Shown: positions 45,051 through 57,856, counted from the first letter of the stretch. The stretch: DNA of 57,856 nucleotides from Salisapilia sapeloensis CBS 127946 (GCA_023334545.1 JAADVB010000109.1:1-57856); one strand, 5' to 3'. Notes: generated by a model from the letters alone, not told the origin. A program made the numbers and translations.

Positions 45051-47148
45051 GCCGACGTATGAATGGAAGAGGAAATATTTAAGTGAGGTCGGAGGTCCAT
45101 CCGCAAATAATGGTGCATCAGGTTACTACGGCGTTTCAATCAAGGGGACATCTAATCATGGAGATGCTGCACAATTGGCGCATCTCATCATCGTTCGTTG
45201 ATGAGGTACATTTAGCTCATCTAAACATCGTCCGAAGATGAGCATTATATTGGTACCGATTCGGCCCATCTTGAACTGGTAGAGAGCTACTTTTATTTCT
45301 GCAGAGTTTTTTCTTGATTTAAACGATTTCATGCACCTCTATCGAAATATAAAGAAGATGAAGGAGAAGATAAAGGTTGAGTCGTTCTTTGCATTTGTAA
45401 AATATCAGAACGGGGTGAATATATCGTCCGTAACTCGTTGGTCGACATCAAAGGTAAGGCTAATCATGCTGACAAGCACACCACATGCGACCCGACACGT
45501 GCTTCGTCTGCTCGATTAGATGACTCATGGCTAACTGGCTGTACCAGTTATGAATGGCTCGGATGGAACGTTCGGACCATTTCGATCAATAGACATGTCG
45601 AATAAGACTTACGTCAACCTAAACTGAAGCACTGGATCTCGGGTGAAGGCTGCCATCCATTTGGTGCAGAGCAAGCGTATTTAAATCGTTTGCTGGGTGC
45701 AGAAATATCTTGCTGTGAAAGGATGTTTGACACGTGCGCCTGAGAAAGACTCTCAGTGGTATGTTTCCACCAACACATTGCTCAAGTCTTTTGAGCTCAT
45801 ATTGGAAAGTCACGATGAAGTCAAACCATTTACTGCTGTATGTGGTACGCACGATGAGTTATGCCTTAAATAAAAGCCCATTTGCTAGTCCATGCGGGAG
45901 TGCATGACGTACGCAAAGAGCTCAATTCCTTATAGATAGTCCAGTGCTGCTCATAAACTGTAGTCTTTAGCTTTGTCTTTACACTCGCATCCTCTCCGAG
46001 GTTATCACGTGCTTTATCTTTCAACTGCATCCATTCATTTGGTTTGAAGGAGATACCGACACAGTAGGTTGTGATTGCAAGTGGACATGATAATAAAGGA
46101 GAGAATTTTCGATCGCTGCCTGTCACCTTTGACTTTCCGCTAGCGACTCTCAGCCTTGGTTCCTTGGTCAAATTAAGTCTGTCAATCGTGAATGAGGAGT
46201 AGACTTTTAGAAACCTGAGTAAAAACAGAAATATACTCAAGGCGCTAACTGTATTTCCACAATAGCTGAATGAGGCTAAGCTCTTCCTGCTTGATCCGAA
46301 AGTAATTTTCATGATATTCACTGAGTTTTGCTACAGAGTCTCTAATCGAGTAGCTCGATAGATATGAAGGCTGCTGAGCTTCATGCGAATATCGTAGCAA
46401 GTGCTGTTCAATGAACACACAGTTAACGAACCTCGGACGTTGCTACTAGTCGATGATGGAAGCATCGAACAAAGCATTTATCGCCGTCCTACAGTTATAA
46501 CTTTGCCGTCTCTGCATTAAGCTTGTAGTAGAGAGAATTAATCATCTCTTGCACCAAGCAAACCTCCTCACTTTTATAAGACCTTTAAACCCTCCACTTG
46601 CTCTTCGCCTTCCATTCAATTTGTACAAGTTGGAAAAATCGTTGGTGGAAATACACCTTTATGTCCTAGTGTACTCTTCTTATGGCTTGCTTGCAAGCGA
46701 TGTCACTGTTCTAGCTTGTTTCCAGAACGATCATACTTTAAAGCATCGGTTTTTATGGCCAAACAATGGTATTTTCTTTCTGTTTCTAGTTAAAATATCC
46801 ATGAAGCCTACATGAGGAAAGTAACACAATTATTACTTGACTTGTATAAGTTGGAAGTGTGAAAACCAAACGAGAAATAGATATCTCATATGGATGCTGA
46901 AGGATGAATGCAATAGCAAACAATGCAGGCAGACACGTACTGAAGTATTGTAGAATCGATGTTAGTGTCAACATATACTTTGATTTCCATCAATATATTA
47001 TCATAAATTGCAATGCGCTCGGATACCATGGTAGTCGATGTATAAATTAAAGATATATCTAGAATTTTAGTTTTATCTATTTCTGTCGTTTATTCTCTCT
47101 GAATCCAGATTTAGCGACCTACCGAAGTAGAAACCAAAGCAGGGATTC

Positions 47149-50100
47149 ATGTCTGACACGGGCAGTGATGGCGATGTGCCTATTCACGCTGTGGATGAAT
47201 CCACATTGGATGATGCGACAAAAAAGTATGTCGAGTCCCCATGGGATGAGTCCAATAACGCGGATGTGAGCCAATTTGGTGAAGATGGCATGCTAGATGA
47301 TGAAGGTGAAGAAGAAGAGCATTATCATTGGAAAAGGTCTGACGGAACTCGTAGTCATCCGCAAGAAGATGACGCTGAAGATGATGCTAACAACTTTTAT
47401 ACAAATCGGACATCCGAAGCAGATACTTTGAATGGAGCTGAAGCTACTGATGATGAATCGCGAGTTCCATTCGGTATTGATGACCTTCCGCTATTTGCAG
47501 ATGAAAGAAACAAAGCGTTGCATCGGGAGATCCGATTGAAAGAGAAGAGATTGCAAACTGCTATTGGTGATTTGTCTGAGACTTCCTCTCGAGTAGATGT
47601 CATGACAGAGCATTTAAAAAATGTTAAGCAGGAACTACATCACACCGAGCAGCTAAATAACGCAAAGCAAAAAGAAATTGAAAGTGAAGAGCATATGAAG
47701 CAGCTAGCGCAGCGTGAAGTTGGTCGGATCCAACAGGAAATGCGGCGCCTTGAGGCCGAAAGCGCTGACCTTGAAGGCAAGTTGAGCACGGTGCAAAACT
47801 ACATATTCAAGGGAAATGAAGAGATGGATCGCTTTAAACTCCAGATGAACTGGAATCAAGACGAGATGGAGCAATGGACAATGGCAGCAAAGCAGAAGGA
47901 TGAAGATGCCATGGCTCTTGAACGTTATCGTCGAGTCGATGAAGGTAAAATTAAAGAGCTGACAATTGAAATTGAGAAAACGACGAAAGCTTTACAGCAG
48001 CAGAAGCAGGCAGTGGAGGACGAAGCGACAGAAACACAAGCAAAGCAAATTGAGTTAGACAAGACCGCTGAAGAGTTTCGACAGCTTCATGATGAACGTC
48101 AAAAGCTCGTACGACAGTGGCAAGAAACGATCGAAGCAATGCAAAGTCGCGATGAGGAAATCGCTAAAGCCGCTGAGCAGTATGCCATTGCAAAACAGCA
48201 CTATAACGAGAAAGGGGAAGTACTGAAAGAACAAAAGCATCGTCTAAATGTGCAGGAGAAGGAGAATGCGGATGCCCAACTTACCATTAGCGCCAAGGAG
48301 AGGCAGCAGGCAAAGGTTCAGCAAGATTTCCAAAGTACAGTTGCAAAGCTCCAAGAGTTTAAAGATCAAGTTGAGATCTTGAAAAATGAGCTAGCTAGTG
48401 CTGTCTCTCAATTGAACCAACAGCGTTCGGTCAATGGGAATAAAAGTCAAATGCTTCAAACACACAAAAGAGAGCTAGATCAAGCTAAAGCTAGGTATAA
48501 CAGCACGAAAAAGATCCTAGAAGCATGCACTAGCTCTAAGGCAGATGCGGAAACCATGGCGAAAGATGCGGAAATGGATTTAAATGCCATGGAGAATGAA
48601 GTGCGACAAGTGGAGAAGGAACTCGCAGGTCAAAAGGAGCAAATGTTTCGTCAAAGTCAGCAGCTTTTTACACTTCGTCAGAAAGAGGCTGCGTTGATTG
48701 CAGATATCTCTGGTACAAAGTCAGCGATACAAAACCTTCGAACGAAGCTCAAGCAGCTTGATGCGCAGACACTGCGTCAACAAGAGCTCGTATACAACGG
48801 CGAGTTCCAAATCCAGCAAATGGAACGCAAAGTTTCTCGAGCAAAAGGTGAACGTAGCGTCGAAGAGACCAAAGTCCTTCAGGCACAGATCCAAGTTTTG
48901 CAAATGGAGCTAGATCGAGTGAAAAGTGAGCAGTCCATGTTGGTAGCTCAGTGCAAGAAGCTTGAGGATGAAAAGCGTGCTCAAGAGCGTGTAAAGAAAG
49001 CATTGCAGAAGCAGCGCGATGAAATTACTAGTAAGATTGGAGAAATTGAGCTTGCGAATGAAAGCTGTGGTACTGCTTTGAAACAAAAGCAAAAGGAAAA
49101 GGAAGAAGTGCTTGTCCAACATGATCTTCAGTCCTTGGAAGTTAAGCGACTACAAGGACTATTAAATATGCGTGCGGATGAAGTGTTTTCGCTTGAAAAC
49201 CGAGATTTTCAGCTCAAGAAGAGCATGGAAGAGCGAAAGAAGGAGATTTCTGTGCATCAAGACCTTCAACGAGCTCGAAACAAAGGCCTGGAAGAAGAAC
49301 GTCATAAAATATCGATGGAGCTAGCAGAGCGAGAGAATCGAGTGAAGAAACTACAAGCCAAATTCGAGACGCTGTGTAAGATGGCAGCCTATGGTGGTGA
49401 TGATGAAAATGGAGAAGAACGCAGTCAAGCGTACTACCTGATCAAAGCAGCTCAGCGACGTGAAGAGCTACAACGTGAAGGCGATGAATTGGATGACAAG
49501 ATCCGAGTTGCTGAGAAGGAGAGTCGAGCTTTAAAAAAGACGCTAGAACACCTCGAGGATAAAAACTCCCAATACCGCAAGAGCTTCCATCGAGCAGATC
49601 TGTCTAGTGACGACGCTTCCCGAATGATGGCGCTGGAAAATCAACTAAAGCAAGCGGAGGATGTTTTCTATCGACGCAAAAAGGAGCTATCTCGACTGGA
49701 AATGGACATGGAAAGTGAAAGCAATCGGCTGAGTGAAGTGGAAACCCAGAAGCGGTTCGTGAAAGAGAACGCAGCTCAGCTTGAGAATGCGCATAGTCAT
49801 GTGGAGAAGGATCTGTCAAATGAACGTCAGAAATGGGAAAAAGTAGTGAAGAAATGGAATCGCCAATTGCAGTCGTCAGGTGAGTCGAAATCGTATGAAA
49901 AGATGATTTTAGACACGTATGACGCGAAGGAAGTGGGAAACAATTTGCTCTATACGCTTGGACAACTAGCGAATGAGTTCCCAGAGATCAGTGACCTTCT
50001 CCAGACATCAGTGCAAGACAATGGGCTGCACCTCCCAAGTATGCCTCCAGGTCGTGTCGCCGCTGCTCGAGCAGCTCAAGCCGCCATGGACCCGTCTCTA

Positions 50101-50295
50101 CCAAGACCCATGTCCGCGAGAAGCGATAGGAGGTACTTAGTTCTTTTGCATATATCCAGCAAGCGATACTAACATGTTATTCATAGCGATCGATCGGTCC
50201 GGAGCTCGTTGAGCAACGCTTCTCAGCGTAGCACAGGTGTTGGCGCTAGTACGCGCATGGCGACACCTATTAGCAAAGTCCAGATTGGCTTTTAA
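47149..50295 (+). CDS. CCDC39: CCDC39/FAP59 axonemal ruler protein; short last exon after an intron near 50133-50184
   Basis: LPLFADERNKAL, MNWNQDEMEQW..KDED..ALERY..DE.KIKEL, EERSQAYYLIKAAQRREELQREGDELD.KI. Confidence 0.92.
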
Positions 50296-50373
50296 GATCA
50301 TGAAAACGATAAGAATTGTATGTGAAACGAGCTTTTTCGTTTTTTCATTTGCTTTCATGCCTTCTTAGACTCT

Positions 50374-51009
50374 TTAAGCAAACTTCTTGAAAGCAGTTGC
50401 GGCCGCCATGCCCATGATGGAGAGCACACCAATGTGCAGCCATGCAGAGGCCGTGAAGAACGGGCAGCCGTGGATGTCGTGGTACGGCATCGTCTCTGGC
50501 GCACGCATCGGGCAGCCTCCTTTCATGGTCGCTTCACGCAGACGCGCCTGCTCCACAGCAGTTTGCGCCCACTCGACGCCGTGGTTGTGGCCCGATCCAG
50601 ACAATCCAGCACGCTTACGAGCCTGCTCCTCGTTCAGCACGGTAAGAACACCGAAGAGCACAGGCACGTTCGTGTCAAGCTGCACGCGCATGATGCCTTG
50701 GGTGACAGCCTCACAGATGTACTCAAAGTGCATGGTTTCGCCCTTGATGAGGCATCCGATGCAGACGACAGCATCCACCTTTTGCGAGTGGATGATGCGG
50801 CTAGCGGCGTACGGAAGTTCGTATGCACCAGAGACTTGGTGCGTCACAATGTCCTTTTCAGCAACTCCGCTCTTGGCTAGCTCCTGCTTGCAACCGTTCA
50901 TGAGAGAACTGACGACTTCTTCGTTCCATTGCGTGTAAACAATGGCGACACGGAGGTTCGTGCCGTCCGTCTTGCGGCTCGTCAATGTCTCTAAAGTTTG
51001 CTTCTTCAT
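50374..51009 (-). CDS. ribH: 6,7-dimethyl-8-ribityllumazine synthase with C-terminal CP motifs and TM tail
   Basis: VAIVYTQWN, VSGAYELP, CLIKGETMHFEYI, VPVLFGVLT..EEQA..RAG..HNHG..WA. Confidence 0.95.
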   Translation of the reverse strand: MKKQTLETLTSRKTDGTNLRVAIVYTQWNEEVVSSLMNGCKQELAKSGVAEKDIVTHQVSGAYELPYAASRIIHSQKVDAVVCIGCLIKGETMHFEYICEAVTQGIMRVQLDTNVPVLFGVLTVLNEEQARKRAGLSGSGHNHGVEWAQTAVEQARLREATMKGGCPMRAPETMPYHDIHGCPFFTASAWLHIGVLSIMGMAAATAFKKFA

Positions 51010-52033
51010 GTCGGTGGTTTGTGTTCTGCTTCTTTGGCGAAGAGGCTGTACTTTGTTGTATGAGACAAAGATAAGGTGATATGTGCTACGTGAGGTTGTC
51101 CGTTGTCTTGGAGCCGCACGTTACTGGGAGCTCTCCTCATCCCATGAACAGACGCAGTGTTGGGAAGTTGGTGTGAAAGAAAAACAAAAGAATGGAATAC
51201 TCGCGTTCTGCATCCGTCCTTGTTCTACTTCAATACGTATGTGCGTTTGATGGTAACCTTGGAAGCTTTGAAGTACATGTATATTCATCGAGCTTGTGCT
51301 TAGATGGAATGGACATCTTTAAGTCGATCGTCTTGTTTTTCTTACTTGTGTCGAGGCTTCCATGTGAGTAGGTTCCAGTATAAGTATGTCCTCGTAAAGT
51401 TCGATTCATTTTGATCTTTTTCCTATGTTTCCTTATCGGAAGAGCTTCTATCACTGCCAACCTTGGTGAGGATGAAAGGTGAATCTAACGGCTACATTTA
51501 GAATGATGAAGATAAAATATCAAGCAGAAGCGAGCCTCGGTGGCAACAGAACCATTCTAGAGAACGTCACAGCTCGCTGAGTTCACATCGAGCTGACCAC
51601 CGGAATAGGATATCTGGTAGTAAGCTGATGACGATGTCTAAAAATTAGTGAAACAAATCAATTTTGGTACGTTTAATGTAGCAGCATACTTTACGAAACT
51701 ATCTAACCGTCCTGTAAGCGTAGATAATGCTCACTATACTTTTTTTCGTTCAGGACGACAATTAGCAAAGTTTCGGAATGTGCTCAATGGATTTCCAACG
51801 TGTTGGAGTTTTGTTTGTACAGCTAATTCCTTCCAGGTGGCATGGTGTACAAAGTTTGCTGAAGTTCAGGTATCAAGACCAACTACAGTCATCAAATATC
51901 TGTCATCACCGTGGATGACACGCTTGCATACATTCTTCATTGCTTTCAAATCAAGACGAATGTACAATACCATTCACGATCAGTTGCAATAACAAACTAA
52001 AACTCTTTCACATTTAATAACTTCTTCCGATAC

Positions 52034-52896
52034 CTACGCTGCATTTGCCAAATTCCTAGCCAAACGCAGTTTATGATTCTTGACGACTGTGTCTGCCACT
52101 GCATTAGCCGCAGAGACTGCATTGCGATAGCTTTCCTCCTTGTTTAAAACCGATGCTAGGCCTTCAATCGGCACATGGTACGACTCATCGAAGCCGCACA
52201 TGGCAAAGAGACGAGATAAATATGGATAGACATAGTCTTGTTCAGGTGGTGGAGCTTTCCCTCCAGAAGACGAGATCACAATTAAAGGTTTTCCGGTGAA
52301 ATACGGTCGTGTAGGTCCATCTTCATCAGCGCAGTGGAAGGTTAAACCAGCCTGGATGCTGCAATCTAGATACTGCTTGAGTGTGAACGGGATGGAAAAG
52401 TTCCAGATTGGCACGGTAATCAATAGAACGTCTGCTCGAAGGATTTGGGTGGCGAGCGTCTGGATGGGCAATAACGCTGCCAGGTCTTCTGGGTATTGAC
52501 TGCCTTGGCGGGCTCTAGAGACACGTTGGATGGTTTCCAGATCAAAGCGAGGCAAAGACTTGCTCCAGACATTAACAGTTTCAACATTGACTACATCTCC
52601 AGGCCGTCCACTCAAGTTGGCAGCACCTTCTTCGCTGACACGACGGTGGTAGTGGTGGGTTAAGTGGTTTAACATGGCGTCTGCTACGCGTGCAGTAACA
52701 GAAGTATCCGTGAGACTTGCATTTACATGCAAGATTGTTTGTTTCTGTCGATTGGAGTTAAAGTGACATCTAAGAAATTGGAATTATATGCTGTACTCGC
52801 TTACCTCGTCTCCAGCTTCCATGGGTTTTCACTCGGGTTGGAAGATTCTAAACTGTGGTACGAACGAGGAATACCTACTTGAAGTTGAAACCCCAT
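52034..52896 (-). CDS. azoR: FMN-dependent NADH-azoreductase (AzoR/AcpD, flavodoxin-like fold); predicted first exon 52896-52805, start uncertain
   Basis: ILHVNAS, ADVLLITVPIWNFSIPFTLKQYLD..QAGLTF, SSSGG, PYL..LFAMCGF. A GTAAGC..TTAG intron links an upstream in-frame exon. Confidence 0.85.
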
Positions 52897-53227
52897 GCAA
52901 CTTTTCAGGAACAGTAAATGATGGACACGCAAGATCTCATAAAATGAGCAAGTTCAAGTCTGTCGATCGAATCGCCGAAACGTCGAGCTGGAGAGCGACT
53001 ACGCTTACCGATTTTGTACTGAATTGAATAGATTAATAACATCTTTATTTGTATTATATATCTAGTTTCGATTTATGAAGATTCAAGAGATGAAGAAGTA
53101 CTCGGCTGGTATTGAGCGCTGGATGATACACTTCGGTATATTCAATATCACAACGAAAATGATCTAACTAACTACCACGCTATGCACATATAGAGTTACA
53201 AGATGTTCTTATCAATGTTTGCTCTAG

Positions 53228-54551
53228 TTACATTGCTTGATCGCGTGCAATTTGCTGCCACAAGTCGTCAGACTGCAATGTTTGTTCTTCTATACGTCTA
53301 CCGCTAGCACTCGTGTTTGTAGTAGGTACTTTTTGCTGCTTTTGACCTCTATCCACACCCTTCTTTTGGTTCCTTCTCTTTTGTCCGCCACTAGGTTTCT
53401 CCACTCCCACTTTCACTTTCGTGCCATTGTCCGTGTTCTTGCTCCCGGTCTTCTTCTCCTTTGTCGCCTTCTGTTCCAGTTTCTTTGACTTTTTATCATG
53501 CTTGCCAGCTACTCGTTCCTTTCCAACCTTGCTCGTCTTTTGAGCTACAGGTGGAAGTCGTGGCTCGACCCCACATCCAGCGGCATGCTCTTTGATCTGG
53601 TCAATGGATAATAAGCTGCACTCTAGACAAGCGGAGCAAATATGAAGATCCATAAAAGGAACAGGACACTGTTTTTCGTGTTCTTTCATTCCAGATTGAG
53701 TTTCGAATTCGGTTAGACAGCGATGACATCTTGGCGGTCGTGGCGTGTGCACATCTAGGACGCGAGAAGTTCTTGAAACCTCAAGCTCTGTAAATCGATT
53801 GGTGATTGCGTCGTATACATGGATCAATACGAGTGCATCTGCTGCTGCGTAATGTAATTGAGATGCACTTAATGGCCTTCGGTTCCAATTGGACATTTGC
53901 TGAGTCTTAGCGAGCTTTCGTCCGAGATATAAGAAAACCAATTTCTGTAGACTGAGTAGCCGGTGTCCACCTACTGCTAAGACAGACAAGTCATTGACTT
54001 CAACTACATTCTTTACTACGGTAAAGCACGATGCATTCGGGTAGGCCGCGGATAGCTCCTACAAAACAGCAGATAGTTATATCGATATGTAGCGTAATTG
54101 AAAGCAAAGAGCCTACCTGCAAGTCTTGGTAAAACGACTGACCAAGTTTGAGTACACTCTTGTCAAGGAAGATTTTACTCAGCGTCTTATTGTACACAGC
54201 AACAGGCAAGGACAACAAGTCTAGTACAAACACTAGCTCTTCGCCACTGGCATTCCTCATTGCAATTTGGAATATACTTGTTGGGTTCACAGGTCGATTC
54301 TTTCCAAATACTGGTCGAGTTTCCTGCAAAAAGCATATACTTTAGTCCTTCGAATATGACTACAGCTACAGGCATGAGTCACCAACCGTGTCGAAGCCGA
54401 GGACAGTGGCTGTCAGAAGCTTGGATGCGCAATGTGTCCATTCTTGTGCATTTCGAATGAAATGGACAGTCGTTTGCAAACCTGTGGGTGCATACACCGG
54501 TACGCCTCCAAGCTTGGTAGCTAGCAATCGAGCTTTCTCTCCTTTCGCCAT
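53228..54551 (-). CDS. DEDDy 3'-5' exonuclease (EXD/mut-7-like) with C-terminal zinc-finger-like motifs (multi-exon)
   Basis: ExoI GFDT|E, FQIA, VLDL, ExoII KLG..FYQDL, SLQKLV..LG.KL.K..QMSNW.RRPL..QL.YAAADA. Confidence 0.88.
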
Positions 54552-54619
54552 CTTCCAACGGTCTCTAGGTGTGTCACACTTTGTTCTACAAGACACCAAG
54601 AATCTCACGTCCGATCGCG

Positions 54620-56478
54620 ATGGCATACACCGAGCGCACTGTTCTATGCCTTGCAGCGGCCGTGCGTATCATCTTGATCATCTATGGGACCGTCCAAGAC
54701 CAGTATATGAAGGTCAAGTACACCGATGTCGATTACAATGTGTATACGGATGCAGCACGGGAAGTAGCGGATGGAAACTCTCCTTATGATCGTACGACGT
54801 ATCGATACACGCCGATCCTGTAGGTTATTTCTAGTCTATGAACGTATGAGTGCAGTGGACATGATAGAAAGATGTGTATAGAGCCTATATGATGCTTCCG
54901 AATTTATTTGTGCATGAGTGTTTTGGCAAGGTGCTTTTTGGTGCTTGTGACTTGCTGATCGGTCATCTTTTGTTTGCTATCCTTCGCAAGAGAGGTCTAT
55001 CAGAGCAAAGTAAAGTCCAATTTAATGTATAGGACGTCGTTCTTGTTAGCTGATTGTGGTGCATAATCTATCTCTGTAGGTGCTATTCGCTACACGAGGT
55101 ATGCGATACTGCTATTTGACAGTACGAGTATGCCATCTTATCTACATATCTACGCACCTACAGTGTATGGCTCTTCCATCCATTTTCAATCAACATTTCG
55201 ACGCGTGGGAACGCTGATGCCATAGTCGCCTTCCTCGTCATCCTCTCCATCTACTTGTTAATGCACAAGAAACACATTCTTTCGGCACTCGCGTGAGTTT
55301 ATTGCAGAGCAAAGGTGGTTATGTAGCTCTTCATGACTGCTTGTATAGATATGGATTCGCCGTCCACTTTAAGATCTATCCGATCGTCTATGCACTTGCA
55401 TTCTTGGTGGTAAGCACATGCTGCAGCAAAGTTTATGCTAATATTCATTGTACATGTTCACATAGCTACTTGATAAAGATTTTCGAGGTACAACGAGTCC
55501 GAAAAAGTCAAATGATCAACCTGTATTGCGTCAGATTCTTGGGCTTGTGACGTGGGACCGCGTCTCCTTCGGTGCTATCAGTGGAGGACTGTTCTTGGCT
55601 CTTATCGCTGTCTTCTACTACACGTAAATCACTTGCCACTCCTCCTGTTACTGCATACATTACATGGTGTAACCTTTATACTTTTCATATAGTTATGGAT
55701 ACGAGTTTCTCTATGAAACATATCTCTACCATCTCACTAGGACGGACAACCGCCACAACTTTTCCGTCTACTTTTACGATCTTTACCTCCGGTACATTCG
55801 ACAGCACGAGGCAATAGCATACGAATATCGAGTCAAACTAATCATTTCATGTGCTTAAACAGGTATAATACGCCATCCGGATTGAGCGTTGGACTCCTTA
55901 CGTTCCTGCCTCAAGTGGCATCTCTTTTGACGATTTCCTTTTGCTTCGGACGCGACATTAGCTTTGCGTTATTCGCATTGACAATGGTCTTTGTTATCTT
56001 TAACAAAGTTTGTACTGCCCAGGTACGTTTCCATACTCACTTACTGATCCATTGTAAGCCAGGGTGTTGTGAGTACTAGCATACTGATTTCCTACATAGT
56101 ACTTTTTGTGGTATACGGTGTTCCTTCCGCTGATCTTACCACGCACGACGCTGCAGCTACGATGGAAAGGAGTAGGCATGATCCTGACATGGCTTGCAGG
56201 CCAAGTACGTATTCAAGTCTAAACTTCTGCTGATACCACTCTTGGAAGTAGCGAATGATGGCGGTGCTAATGTGTTTATGTGGTAGCTGCACTGGCTGTA
56301 TTGGGCCTACTACTTGGAGATGGAAGGAGAGAACACGTTCTTCCCTCTGTGGGTTGCCGGATTGCTCTTCTTCATTGCCAACGTTGGCGTACTAGCGACT
56401 GTAATGAGTCATCATCAAGTTGTTCCGCTGTTTGACAATGGAGGAATTACCTCGCTGGACAAGATGAAACAAGAATAA
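54620..56478 (+). CDS. PIGM: GPI alpha-1,4-mannosyltransferase I (many introns)
   Basis: [75 protein letters not shown]. Confidence 0.95.
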
Positions 56479-57598
56479 AGCTAACAGTTTACAATGTTGG
56501 AACTAGTATTGACTGAGCGTGTATTAAAATTGCAAGTTCGTCCAATTGAGAGCACTTGCTTTCTGTTAGATACGGCCATGATAATCACTTGCTTAAAAGT
56601 TTATCTACATTATCTTCTTGTCGCTCTGGCACGCATCACACGATAGTCGGCATTTCTCGTCCATTTCATTTACCAGGCGCATACAAGCTTTTAGTATCAT
56701 AAGTCCCTCTTTACGCACCTCCAGGCTGCCTAGGTATGATACAACTCCTCTTCAACTATAGAATCCTTTGCAGATGCTATCCTCTTTGTTAAATCTACTT
56801 GATCACCAATGAAAATAGATTGATTCGATCGGATTGTGACTGGAACGTACCACCTATATAAAGAAAATAAATAGCTACGTGATCGCGCATCTTCGGAGCG
56901 AATCATGGTCTACTTGCATTGACTACGGATGCTCACTAGAAGTCCAAGACTCTAACAATGCTTGAAATGAAAACAAAAAGCATTATTCTTATGAGCAAGA
57001 GCTATAAAGTAGGCAGTCTTTGTGCTTTGTAGAACAGGATATGAATATTTTGGAAGTGATGTCGGCTGGATATGCTGAGTGCCACTGGACTAGCTCCTGG
57101 ACTAAGCAAAACTGTCGTACGGGAACAGGTCGTAGAGATGAGATAGAAACAGAGTTGGTAAGCCATTTGACAGAGTTTGTACTCATATCAGATGAATATA
57201 AAGCGAAAAGCGAGTACTAGCATCAATGACCACCTGACTATAAATTTCGATAAAAAAGAAACTTTATTCATATTTATAGAATCTTTTTCTTCTGTAACGT
57301 CTGGTACTCAGGCACCTAGAGAAAATCAACAATACAAAGATTCGTACATTTGAAAATAGCCAATCTATGATCAAGTACTAGGCACATTGTGACTATTCCT
57401 TCTAGACACATAACTTTTCTTACACAGCATTACTTGAAAAACTCCACTTGAAAATCGAAAATCGACAAGAGTATTATGTTTTATTTCGCTCATGCACTTA
57501 TTGCTGCAAAGTGTATTAGTTCACATTTCGAAAGCGCAATGTTTTCTTTGCATCAACATCCTTACGAAACCAGCAAAAAGAGTCGATATAGACTGAGG

Positions 57599-57610
57599 AA
57601 AAAAGAAAAA
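57599..57610 (-). terminator. RNA polymerase III T-run terminator of tRNA-Met
   Basis: TTTTTCTTTTTT begins 3 nt after the discriminator base on the minus strand. Confidence 0.8.
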
Positions 57611-57613
57611 GAT

Positions 57614-57686
57614 TGCTCCCTGCCAGGCTCGAACTGGCGACCTTCAGATTATGAGACTGACGCTCTACCAACTGAGCCAAAGGAGC
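57614..57686 (-). tRNA. tRNA-Met (CAT), elongator type
   Basis: Cloverleaf GCTCCTT TG GCTC AGTTGGTA GAGC G TCAGT CTCATAA TCTGA AGGTC GCCAG TTCGAGC CTGGC AGGGAGC A. T-loop TTCG and U31:U39 are typical of eukaryotic elongator Met. Confidence 0.97.
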
Positions 57687-57856
57687 TATATGATCCCTCA
57701 TCCACTAAGCCATATATCAACCAACGCAAATGGCAAACATACAAATAGTTCATATGCTCTGCACTCATAAGATGCCCGTGCGGGAACGATGACAGCATCG
57801 TTCGCGTCAAACAGTGCAGCCCGTCACATATCGCTCCTATGAACATCCTTCACCGA

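Noticed and set aside
51010-51230. FMN riboswitch upstream of ribH
   Set aside because: No recognisable RFN consensus elements.
56500-57600. Short ORFs between PIG-M and the tRNA
   Set aside because: AT-rich, stop-ridden and without recognisable motifs.

Overview
This is a very gene-dense eukaryotic nuclear window, not a prokaryotic one. It has short GT-AG introns (about 49-70 nt) and many intergenic gaps under 100 bp. Gene families and fusions point to an oomycete-like stramenopile, and flagellar genes (CCDC39, a BART-domain gene) suggest a zoospore stage. I manually spliced about 28 intact protein-coding genes, one clear pseudogene (propionyl-CoA carboxylase beta), one possible cyclin relic and one elongator tRNA-Met. 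No CRISPR array, rRNA or intact active transposon was seen. The best candidate for an undescribed system is a 6-exon gene (13487-14407) that the ORF track splits into fragments. It encodes a mitochondrial-type presequence plus a stand-alone SRP54/Ffh M-domain whose SRP-RNA-binding motif has decayed. Other highlights: (1) a Nup159/Nup214-like nucleoporin with EF-hand-like/RanBP2-zinc-finger modules and unnamed repeats; (2) a tail-anchored lumazine synthase; (3) a chorismate mutase fused to a probably catalytically altered prephenate dehydratase; (4) a likely domesticated MULE transposase; (5) an A-rich tract in the PABP 5' leader. All family assignments come from motif recognition by eye and have not been checked against databases.
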